NCBI GenBank assembly: GCA_009103225.1 | Contig: RHPI01003366.1 | Span: 63,794-127,793 of the forward strand | Direction: 5' to 3' | Source of the DNA: Chlorokybus atmophyticus | Taxonomy: Eukaryota > Plantae > Mesostigma and Chlorokybus algae | Length of the DNA: 64,000 nt | In this document: positions 1-11,390 of the stretch, in pieces | Layout: each line of letters begins with the position of its first letter | Position numbering within the stretch: the stretch's first letter is position 1 | Notes under the pieces: model-generated | Database searches by the model: none | Told to the model about the DNA's origin: nothing | Seen by the model: only the letters and a program-made list of their open reading frames with translations | Translations under genes and position numbers: made by a program

Positions 1-22
1 CGCCAAATGTAGAGTGACTCAC

Positions 23-855
23 CGCACGCTGCGCTTCGTGCTCGGCAGCCTTCACCACACGCTGCTTTTCCTTCTCAACCTCTTTAACCTGACGCTCAAG
101 CGCCTTTGCCGCTTGCTTTTGCACTTTCGCCTCCCCTTTCACGGCATTTGTCTTTCTGCTCTTTCTGTCACCCTTTGGCTGTGATGTACTCGTGCTCGTG
201 CTTGCAGCAGCTGCACGATAATTGCCAGTGTGAGCTTGACAAAGGAAGCAGTTTACAGATAAGCTGGCGAGCAGAGTGTTTTAAACAGAAGCATTGGCGA
301 TGCGTAAAGCAGCCAACTTCAACTGAAAGAGCGACTTAAGTGGCAACCAAACAGTTGTTGGGCACAATGCCAGGTCAAGGCACCAACCTACAGAGAAAAC
401 AGGATACCCTACCACTACACCTGCCCAGCAACTGTGGAACACAGCCGAAGCATGGTGCTCCACCTTCACCAACGGCACGGCATTGTGCAAGACGCAAATG
501 GGGTGCTGTCACGTGGCAAACCCACACGAACAACAATTCGATCAGAGGAACAAGTAACGGACAGAAATCACGAGCAATCTACACTAAAAAAGCAGGCACT
601 CCGACCACGCATGCTGACGTGCCTCCTTAAGCCCTGACCTGCGGCCTTGTTCTTAACATCGCAGGCGTGTAGCTTCTTGGTAACGCCAGCTTCAACGAGA
701 TCGTTAACGGAGCCAGCGGCAAGCTGGTCGACGTCCCGAACGCCGTAGTCCCACAGGGCGGTAGCGTACAGCTGGCCGTAGTCCGGGTTAAGCCCCGTCA
801 GGTACTCGTCCAGCTCCTCCAACGCACCGAACCGCCGCGCCGCCATCACCTTCAT
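23..855 (-). CDS. 5' part of a gene: N-terminal SAM/HhH-like helical header followed by a Lys/Glu-rich coiled coil; continues off the left edge
   Basis: Exon 855-639 (..ELDEYLTGLNPDYGQLYATALWDYGVRDVDQLAAGSVNDLVEAGVTKKLHACDVKNKAA) ends at a phase-1 GT. Exon 210-23 follows a CAG acceptor in matching phase (AAASTSTSTSQPKGDRKSRK..KALERQVKEVEKEKQRVVKAAEHEAQRA) and ends at GTGAG. The SAM-like call rests on pattern resemblance only. Confidence 0.6.
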
Positions 856-2762
856 CACGCCGCTCCAGCCAAGAACCTCACTTCACTTGCAAGCCCCACC
901 ATGCCCCACCTCCGCCTCCTCCACCTCCTCGTCCGCCTTCGCCTCCGCCGCAAGCCCCGCCCGCAGCGTTTCAAATGAACGAAACGGAAGCCATCAAAAG
1001 CGCGGGAAAAAGTGCCACACTGAAGCCCGATCGTTCTGTGCTTGCACGCAACGTTGTTGTTGTTGTTGGTGGTGGTGGAATCAATCCTGTGTAATACTGC
1101 TTGCGCCTCTGTGTTCAGACTTCAAGCACGCCCGCCCTCAGCCCCGTACAAGGCGGTCCCTGCTTTGTGAGCAGAAGCAGGCGGTGGTGGCTGAGGCGAG
1201 AGAGGCAACCCCTTTGGACTGCTGCAAAACAGCCGGCCGAAGCTTCCTGCTGCCAGTGCAGGTGAGGCCGTTGCTGTTTCCCAATCGTGTGCCGCAATAG
1301 TATATGCCCGACGGTCTGAGGTAACATCCAACGTCAACACAACTAGTTGGATTGTGACACTGCTGCACCTGTGACTGATGTGTTTCCTACACGTTTAGTT
1401 GGTTTGTGTGCCTGCGGGGGCGGAGTTGCCTCCCTTTAGCACGGCATGCGGTTGACTGCTGCTGCATTCGTGGTGCACACATACAGGCAAACTCTCGTGC
1501 CATAACTCAGAAAGCAGCTGAGAGTGGTGTACATCAAACGATTGTATATGGTCCGCATGCGAGTTGCATATATATCACAACTACACGCAGCTCACTTGTA
1601 CAGCTGGTGAGTGCAGATATAAGCAAATAGTCCAGGTGCAGTACATCCATGGTCATTTTCTATCACCGTTTGTCGTAAATGTAGCAGGCAGTTTGAACAA
1701 GTTGTCGTTAATAATTTTTTAAGCATGTTTCTACTCGATGCATGGCACGACGACATCCTAGCATGTCTGTCAATGCAATGCATGCTGACCGCGCTGCATG
1801 AACATTTTTGCTGGCAGTTCGCCTTGAACAGATCAATCCAACTCGCTGATCTCGTTGCTTTTGATTCTTTAAGAGGTGCTGCAAACACATGGCCTATTGC
1901 GTACATTGCAGCAGCTTTCAGAACCATGCAGCTCTCAGGACTGTTTTAGAATGCGATGGCAAGGCACTCAACATCTGTACAAGGAAAGCCATGCGGTATT
2001 GTGGCATGCACGACACATGCATGATGACTGTTTCTACAGTCTGCGACTGATAGCAGCAGCTAGTTGATGCCATACCCACTCTGATGACATGTACTGCACA
2101 AAATACTCGAGTGCAAGCACGCCTTGCACTGCTAGGAAATAGTGATATTTAAAAGTGTTCTCTACCTTTGTAATCAAAACTGCCTGCAGGAAGCAGTGAA
2201 TATCTTGTCACTTCTCAAACTAAGCCACAAGTACTGTATTAACCTGTTGTTCATGCTCGCGTGCGAGCAGCCAGAACATGCTAGCTGCTAGACGAGTGCT
2301 TGCAAGTGTTGCAATTTCTGGCGCCTAGTTGGGTCCAATCAAGTCAACTGCATCCGTGTCAGACAATCATATTCCACATGATCAACAGCGTCTGGCTTGC
2401 GTGACTGATCCAACAAGGAACACATGGGCATGGCCAGCTGCTCAACCTAGCATTCTGGCAACCGCTGGATCATCCCAGTCTACACCTTGCTCAATTGTTG
2501 TGAACAAACAAGCTGGTGGGTGTCTGTGCAGTCGTGGCCATACACAGTGCATTGCGCAGCAATGGGCTGATGGCTGCTCGCCGGCAAGCTTGTTGACAAG
2601 TATGAGCACACAGCCACCGCGTTGTGCAATGCAGAGCCAGACTGGGACTGTTTAGGAGTGTTGCCAAGAGCATGCCAGCGCGAAATTGCACCACTCCTGG
2701 TTGAGGCTCATGCCTTGGCGCGTAACTGCTGAGCTGCCAGCAAGAGTCCAACAGTTGACGCA

Positions 2763-5700
2763 TCATGATGCCTCAGCCTTGACTTTCCCTTCCTTCTGTG
2801 CTGACTTCTTCCAGGGGATGGTGCGGGTATCAAAGCCGGCATCATGCAGCTGCTGAGCAATGGTGATTGCGCGAGAAGCCTCCTCCCTATCACTGAAATG
2901 CCGCACCTCCGCACCGACAATCTAGCAAAACACATGCAATTAGCACAAAAAGCACACAGATACCTCACGCAAGGAGCAATTGCCACATCTTCAACCTATT
3001 GCATGGAATGACGCAACGAGCAACAAGCAACAAAACAAGCAAGTTTTGTGCACAACATAAACAGCAAACTCCAGTACGAGCTGCGCCTCTCCAAGACAGA
3101 CATGCAAATGGCAATGCACTGAATAACTCACCAACTCAGACAAAGCAGAGCATGCACCAACGGCACCCCTACCTGATAATCTTCATGTCCCTTGCCAGCA
3201 ATGACCACTACGTCACCCTCGCTGGCCATGGCCACAGCACCACGAATCGCCTCCTCGCGGCGCGGGACCACATAGTATATATGCCCGCGCTTGTCCTTTT
3301 TGCCCATAGGAACGCTCATCCCAGCCTGAATGTCACCGATAATAGCCACTGCGCGACAATCACACATCAGGCACCCACCTTTTTTCGTACATCGCTCTCT
3401 CAGTGCGGCAAAAGGCAACATACATGGGTCTTCGGTGCGTGGGTTGTCGGACGTGATGAACGTGACGTTGGCTTTTGCAGCCGCAATGCGTCCCATCATA
3501 GAACGCTTGCCCTTGTCACGATCACCGCCACAGCCAAAGACGCATATAATCTTGTTCGCCCCACACTCGCGCACGCTGTCAAGAAGTCTTTCAAGCGCGT
3601 CAGGTGTGTGGGCATAATCTACAATGATGGAGTAAGGCTGGCCCTCATCAACCACCTCTGCGCGACCGGGTACGCCATCAACGGACTCCAATCCAGCCAC
3701 AATTGACTCCAGCGGCACTCCCAAAGCTATTCCCGCCGCAACCGCAGCGCATATATTGGACACATTCATCCGCCCTGCCAGGAAACACTCGCGTAAGCTG
3801 GACCGTACAGACCCTTCAACAACAGCCACAGCACGCGAGTGATGATGATACCTACAAGGCCTGATGAGAATTCCAGCGTGCCATTTGGTGTGCGTATCTG
3901 CAGGTCTGTCTCGAACAGAGAAAGGCGTGCACGTGTTGGATAGACGTCTGCACTGGGGTCAACTGTTGCAAACGTCACAACAGGCACCTGCACCGATTGT
4001 AGAGCTTTCATGCGCAGCAGCGTGCGACAGGTACTACCTTTCATCAGGCTGAGCGGCTGCAACACTTGCAAGGACTACTGTACAGCGGCTTACCTTGCAA
4101 GCGGCCTTGAAAAAGGGCGCCTCCCTGTCATCAATGTTTATGACCTGTAACACAACGAGATGTTGGGTAAGCTCAAAGCGCGTGTATTAGCAGGCTCGCG
4201 AAGACAATGTGTACGCCTGAGTCTCAGCTGCTACGCACCCCACGTTGCCTGCTTGGGTCTGTCAGAAACTCAAACAACCTGGCCTTTGCCGCTCGGTAGC
4301 CCTCGAACGTGTCATGGAAGTCCATGTGGTCCCTTGTCAGATTGGTGAAGATCTGCACGCAATCCACAATTGTCACGCTGGTTTGCCGAGTGTTTGGCAC
4401 GAAAGAAGCATCGGCACTGACCGCCACGTCAAAGTCAACGGCATCGCAGCGCCGCAGCGCCAGTGCATGTGAGGAAGCTTCCATGCACACTGCAGCGCAC
4501 TGACGCACACGCATCAAGTATGCAGAGTCAGCAAGCAACACATAATGTATTCATGCGCACGCAAACATGCACGGTGTGTTTACTTCGTTATGCAGCATGG
4601 TAGCTAATAGCTGCTGAAGCTTCACGGCATCCGGTGTTGTTTTGTTGGACTTGGACCTGTATTGCAAGGGTAGAGTTGACAACTGCAGTGGCTGGGTTAT
4701 TGTGCACAGCGATAACAACCACAGCAGATGTAAGCCTTGCTCACTCTTGTCCAGGTCGCGTGCTGTAGCCTATGGTACCTATCAACCCGCACCTCTTGCC
4801 CCACGCTTCCATGATACCCCTGCCGATCGGTGAGTTTGCACAAGACACGTATCAACCCTGCAAGTCTCATCATCATTGCGCTGTACGTGCAGAGTCCACA
4901 TGGCGAGTGATGGAGGCATGACAGAGGGGGGGCTATACCTCAACAGATAGCTTGTAGTTGTTTTGCCGTTGGTGCCAGTGACTGCAGCCACAACCAGCTT
5001 CTTGCTAGGGTCCCCATAGAAAGCCGCCGCCAGCTTCGGCAGTGCATCTGTTTCCAACAAGCAATGAGTGCACATATGCACAAGCTTGTGCATATGTGCG
5101 TGTACCGTTGATAACCCATGACTCGACAAGGCTGAGGGTCATGTTTACCGCTTGTGTCTGTCATCTTAACAACCGTGGTGATGTTGGCTAGGTCAGCCCC
5201 AACGTCTTCGCAAGTGATGAGTGCGGCCGCCCCCGCTTCAGCCGCTACCCTTGCGTACGCGTGTCCATTCACCGTCAACCCACGCACGCACACAAACGCA
5301 TCCCCAGGAAGGACCTGCGTGACAAATATTGATTGCTTTCTTGGACTGGACTGCATCACCTTGCACGTGGACTAAATGGCGACTCTACTTCGCGGGAATC
5401 GTGAGCAATTCCCGTAATGACGGTTTGATCATCTTCGCCTTCTATTGATTGGGCCGGCGTGCCTGCTGCACTTAGCAGCTCTGCCAGTGTCTGCGGACAC
5501 AACACAATGTTGATAAGAAAATTGTGAATTGCAAGAGGGACGGTTGAGACAGTTGGTGCTAGCGCACGAGTAACAAAATGTTTCTGTGTAAACAGCAGTC
5601 CTGCAACACAAGTCCCAAGAAGCTGCATTGCAAGCGCACGGATCTATTGGCAATGCTGCGGTATGTCAAAAGTGCGAGTGCATAAATGCAGTTAGTGTTT

Positions 5701-6592
5701 TGCATGTAGGCTAGCATACTACTACACCGCACTCATGCTTCATGCTAGCAACGTGCAAACCTGCCGGACCTGCAATTTGAAACAATACATGCAATGCGGT
5801 AGCGTCACACACCATCGTTCGCATTGGTAGTTCTTGCTCTTCGTCATCAAGCCCATAATCCCCGACATCGTCAATATCATCAAGGTCTGCTAGATCTCCC
5901 CCTTCCCCGGTCGACTCGCGGTCGGGATCAGCGGCGGCATCGATGTCAATGTCGTAGTGGTCGGTGTCTGGGTCCAGCAGAGGCCGATCCAACACGTCTG
6001 TATCGACATCGCCATCAGCGTCAACGTCATCCTCATCTTCTTCCTGTTGCGGAAAAGACACTTCTCTCGTTGGAATGCGACTATGGGTGTTAATAATGAA
6101 AACGGAGTTTATAAGAACTGAGCTCATGCATCATGCAACAGTGTTAAGTTGTTCAACACTGCGCAGTCTGCAGTGCTGTTGGCGCTGACTACCACGATTA
6201 CTTGTATGTGCGGTGTAAGCTGGCTGCTCCAGCACAATCTGGGGTTGAAATCCATCTGTGCATGCGCTCAGCACCGACTAAACGCCATGACCAGAGCACC
6301 ATCAACGCACCTCATTGCCTTCAGCGTCGTCTTCTTCTTCAAAAACGTCAGGATCTCTGGCATGGATCCTCCACCCCTCTTGTGTCTGTCCTCTCCTTCC
6401 CGCAACCCGCCCCCGCCTGCCCCAGCTCCCGCCCAATGCCCATCCCCTGGACCTGACACCCACCTTCCGCCCAATGCCAGAGGAACAGGAAGGGCGCGCA
6501 GCAGGCCTCGACCGCCTTGACACGTTCGGCTGCACATGCGACAGAGAGGCGGCCAGCGGCACCACCGCCGCCGCCGCCATGGTTTCCGCCAT
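2763..6592 (-). CDS. murE: Plastid-targeted MurE (UDP-N-acetylmuramoyl-L-Ala-D-Glu:DAP ligase), plant type, 14 exons
   Basis: Exons 6592-6311, 6043-5813, 5490-5389, 5314-5149, 5047-4939, 4819-4745, 4656-4584, 4499-4422, 4352-4239, 4144-4094, 3987-3852, 3774-3424, 3348-3173, 2921-2763 join in frame. Motifs: [10 protein letters not shown]-loop, [67 protein letters not shown]. Ala/Arg/Ser-rich transit peptide followed by an acidic region. Confidence 0.96.
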
Positions 6593-7157
6593 GTCGCCGG
6601 GTTACTTTGAACTCGCAGCAAACCCTAACCACTGTGTCCCGACTACAGCCAACTTCCCTTGTTGTAAGACTAGCTATGCCATAGCTGCAATGGTCGATGG
6701 CTTCCCGCCCATGCAGGAGTTCTCCTGGACGACCTTAGAAGCACGTTTGCTAAACTTACATCATGACTGGATCATTGATTGGCACAGGTGATGGCTCTTG
6801 TGACATGAGTTACGTCACATCTGCCATCTCCATCGTAGCCTGTTGTGGTCGCACACAACAATTGCGACTCGCAGTTGATGAGGCCCATGTTTATATTACG
6901 AGGGTACAAGGCTGAGGTCGGTTACGCTGAATTGGTAGGGAGTCGTATCTAGGCGTAACCGTGCTCAGCTCGTTGACCACCACGTAGGCCTGCTGGTCGG
7001 CGTTGGCGGTGGCGACGGGGTCATGGGAGGCGGCGTTGCTGGAGTGACATGATCGTGAGGCGAGGGTTGAGCTAGCAGCGCTGACGGGAGAGTTAAGGCT
7101 GTCCATGGCTGCCTAACAATCGGCGCCGTCCTCTCAGAGGAAAGGAATCTGCCCAGC
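6593..7157. promoter_or_regulatory. Bidirectional promoter between murE and the RING gene, with a telo-box (AAACCCTAA, 6620-6628) and a site II motif (GGCCCA, 6882-6887)
   Basis: Divergent ATGs 565 bp apart; both motifs read directly from the sequence; function inferred from the known plant telo-box/site II pairing. Confidence 0.5.
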
Positions 7158-10100
7158 ATGGCCGCCGGCGGCGGCGACGGTGTGGCGCGCCGGCACACGA
7201 GGCGGAGGCTGGAGGAGGTGTTTGGGATGGGAGGACGGGCTGGTGCCCTTCAATACCTGCGACACATTGCCTTTGTCGCCGTCGTGGCCGTGGTCCTCGC
7301 CGTCCTGCCAGGTAGTCCCTCACGCTTAGACAGCCAGTTCAGCAGCTCTCCTTTTGCATGTTGCTCGCTGCTACTTCAAATCAGAGTGCATTGCAGCGTA
7401 ACATCGAGAATTGCCCGCTGGACACGCTTGATAGCCTTTCAGCTGTGCACAAACCATGCATTGCCTCCCTGTCTCCTCACTGACAGGTGACGTGGGTGCT
7501 TCATGTGTGCAGAATGTGTTCATGCGGACACAGCACTCCCTATTGATTTGGACGTCGTCATGACCGGGGAGGTTCGCGCCGGCGAGCAGTTGCTGGTGCA
7601 GCTGCCAGCTGGGGCGTGTCCCGTAGGCAGCTACCTGCAGGCGCGTGCATTGTGGCATGCGAGAGAAGCCAACAGTACTGGCAAACAATTGGACTGAGCA
7701 TTTGCTCCTACAGGTTGAGCTTCACGATGTGTTGGCAGAGGCGCAAGAGCTGCCTCCGCCAGCGAGTGAACGCGCGTCCGTCATGCTTTTGCTGAGCGTG
7801 GGGTCAGAGCCGGAGGCGAAGCCGGATGGCAACAAGAACTGGGTGTTTGGCAACTCCACAATTGCCGATAACATTGGCAAGTGTTTTCGTATTGTCAATT
7901 TGCTATTGGCGGCCACAGTTGATGCGTGCGCTGAGCTAGCTGATTTGCAGGTTTTCAGCTGGCGAGCACGTACATGAATATAGTGACGCAGCTGCGTACG
8001 AATGGCTCGGTGTTTGCTTCTGTGATGAACATCCAAGTACATCAGTGGTCTCCGGTCCTGCTGCAGTACACCCTTGCCGTCCACTGCGCAGGTGACCTTG
8101 CAGCATGTTTAGGCGGTTGCATGGCGCCGTGCATGGCACCAATTGTGAACACGTGTGCAATATGTGTTGGCAGTGAACCCGCAATGCCCTCTCGCCTGCG
8201 ACGGCCATGGCACGTGCAGCAATGGCACGTGCGCGTGTGACAGAGGATACGGTAACGTCGGTTGCGACACAGGTGCGTGCTGAATCAACTCTGCTGTGAG
8301 GGTCACGCTGTACAGTGCAAGCCATGGCTCCCTTCCTGACCCTAATCAAGCGCTGGCGCTAATTTCAACTGCAATGTTCATGTTGGACTGTTTCATGGCA
8401 ACAGTTGTCTGCAAGGAATAGCACCATGCGATTTATAGCCAATTTGCTGTGCAGTTGTTCCCATGCTTGGTGATGGGGCAGTGGTGAGTCAGTTTCTGGC
8501 GGTGCGAGGGTGGGACTACTACGCTGTGGACGTGAGTTTGCTGGTCGTATGTTCTTCGTGCATCTTGTTGTCGCTGTCACGCTTGGCAACCATGCAATAA
8601 GGTTGAAAAACAGATGCTGTGTTGTTGCGCAGGTGGAGGCAGAGGGCAGCTTGAGTGTAGGTCTCACGCGCTCGAGCGGTGACCCAATTCTGTTTGTGAT
8701 GCCGGAAGGGCAGGGCTTTGTGAAAAGCAACGGGCTGCCAACGACATTTGATTACGACAATTTTGCTGATTCGGATTCCTTTCGAGAGCGGCAAAACTAT
8801 CATAATCGAATTCTGCAAGACATGGCACCTGGTCGTGTATACATTGCCGTTTACAACAACGACGAGTATACCAGTGAAGAGTGCTCGTATACCATTGACA
8901 TCAAGATTGCCTTCGGTATGTTGTGTTGTGCACAATTGCATTGGTGACGTGTGGCTGACAGCGGTTTCGACAGGTTTGGGTGCTGCAGTGTGTCCAGCGG
9001 ACTGCAACACACCCAATGGGCGCTGTGTTTATGCAACAACGGGCTCATACTGCGAGTGCGCAAACGACTTTTCTGGTGCTCTTTGCCAAGGAGGTGAGCA
9101 CTCCACCACATGGCCTGGTGTTGCAACAAGCATGCATTGGTCATATATTACTGAAGGAGCCATCACAGCGCTCACAATGATGCATGCTGTTAGTTGCATG
9201 ACAACCTTGCCTCTGCGGTTGCAGAAATACACTACATTGGACCGATGGCCAACGAAAACGGAGAGGTGCCCGAGGGTGAATGGGTGTTCTACCAGCTGGA
9301 GGTGACTGACGTAAAGACCAAAAGGGTGTTTGTGTCGTTTACGGGCAACCAGGGCCAGGCAGTGCTGGTGGTGAAGCAAAACACGTACCCGACACTCCTC
9401 CAGTACGACTACCAGTACACTCGCAGCGATGGCAACCCCGGCAGCTCCTCCACTTCATTCAGTCTAGATGTTAGCCAGTATGGCGTCTACGTGTTTGGCA
9501 TCTTCAACATGGACTATTATGTCCACCAGCCCACGACGTACACACTGGAGGTCTCTGAGAATGGCAGGTCCGACAAGTCCAGGCTGGTGAACCCTTTCAT
9601 CAGCATCGTCCTCGGCTTGTCCAGTGCTGTGGTGTTGTGCTTGTGCATGGCCATATGCAAGCGGGCGGCTGTGCGGCGTGCTTTCCATCGTCGAGCTCGA
9701 CGCTTCACCACCTCCCTACCCACACAAATCTCCTGGAGTGACGGGGTAAGTGCATGCAGCACGACACCTTTGAAGTAGAAGAGTGTGTTTGTCGGCAACA
9801 TGCACGTGTATTCAGGCGAGGGGAGAGAGGAAGGGTTTGGTTGATAGCGTCGTGGCAACGTTCCCGATATTGAGCTATAAGGAGGGGATGCTGGACACGG
9901 ATGACTGCCAGTGCAGCGTGTGCTTGTGCGACTACGAGGGCGGGGACGACCTGAGACGCATTCCGCTTTGCGGGCACACATTCCACAAGTCCTGCATTGA
10001 TCTCTGGTTTACTACTAACTCCACCTGTCCCCTCTGCCGCATCGCTCTTGGTGAGGCATCATCTATGGGCTGTAAGTCATTACATTTAGGATCCGCCCCC

Positions 10101-10429
10101 GACATGTTGCTCGTGTATCTGCAGGTAATGAGGACGCACGGTCCCCACTGGCGCCACCTTCAGCACAGCCTATGCCTCCATCGCTAACACCGCTGATGAC
10201 TCAGCTGCAGCTCCCGCAGCTGCGCACGCGCCCGCTATCAACAGCGTTGTCTGCATCATCTTCGGAGTCGCCATTGACAGCGTCACCTCATCTTCTTAGA
10301 GATGCTACGGGCGTGTCTACATCTGTCAGGGTAGAGAGCCCCAGCATGCGCGCGAGAGGAAGTACCCCACGCAGCCACAACTTGAACAACCACAGTGGCG
10401 CCACGCTGCAGATTGTGTCGCAGAGATGA
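7158..10429 (+). CDS. Transmembrane RING-H2 (ATL-like) E3 ubiquitin ligase with a large extracellular region containing two EGF-like domains
   Basis: N-terminal hydrophobic segment (IAFVAVVAVVLAVLP). EGF1 in exon 8174-8272 (CPLACDGHGTCSNGTCACDRGYGNVGC); EGF2 in exon 8974-9093 (CPADCNTPNGRCVYATTGSYCECANDFSGALC). TM helix ISIVLGLSSAVVLCLCMAIC, basic stretch, GLD-like KGLVDSVVATFP, RING-H2 CSVC-x15-CGHTFHKSC-x10-CPLC, Ser/Pro-rich tail with stop at 10429. About 11 exons, one GC-AG intron. Confidence 0.88.
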
Positions 10430-11390
10430 CGAAGTGTGTGGCGAACAGCATGTGTCACATGATACTATATGTTTGTTTGATAATGGTACGGCCATGCGGA
10501 GCGAATGGGCAGTATATTGCGGTTAATGCGCCTTGCTGTATGGATTCCTTTCCAGCAGGTATTCTTTCCCAGAGAGTCTCTTGGCTGCACGACGCTATTA
10601 ATGCCACAGAGACTTGCTGTCTGTTGATGAGCTTACAGATGGTATACTGATGGTTACCTCTGGTAGCGTGTTGTATATGATAGCGTGTTGTACTAGTTTG
10701 TTCCTGATCCTGTTGCCTTTAACACGCAAGGTGTTATTTTGCGTTTGTTGGCTGCAAATGGACATGTGGCTTGTAAAGTTTGCGTTGTTGCAGGTCAGAA
10801 TGTACAAGTCAGGAGGGATAAGCTTGTTGATCAGATAACGAAAAGCTGCGCTAAGCCTAAGCCACCATGCCAGCTTCCTGTGCATGCTGAGGTGCACAGA
10901 TATGCTTTACAGTGGATGTAGTTTGGAAATTGCTTGTGCCAGGTTACACTCTCGAGCAAGTGTCTCAGGCAAGGCTCATTGCTTACAATCTAGGTGATTT
11001 GGCCAACAAGTCTATTCAACTGTAAGTACAGCACAGAAACGCTACAAACACTACACAAGAACGCTATGCGACGCTACACAGTTCATGACTTATCAAGAAG
11101 AATGGGAATTTCAACAGCTGAGAACCTCATTCAAAAACACAGCGAACGTAGTGATCCACCTGTTGGTTGCGTGCTCATTAATGCACTGCCTCTCGACAGC
11201 ATATGTTTGCGAGTTGATCTGGCAAACCTGCCAGGTAGAAACAAAGTCAGCTTACTGGCACTGATGCCTCTGGTTTGGGTTGATGAAGGCGCGCTTCTAA
11301 CCACGTGACGATGCCACGTTGGCTCAGACTCCTCACATGTGTGTGCAGTGACATACCCGACAGAACACAACAACACATGACGCCAATGCC

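Noticed and set aside
2999-3706. 235-aa plus-strand ORF and many similar ORF-track entries (e.g. 11599-12381, 18549-19484, 43172-43549)
   Set aside because: Antisense shadows of GC-rich exons of real genes, with no independent motifs or splice support.
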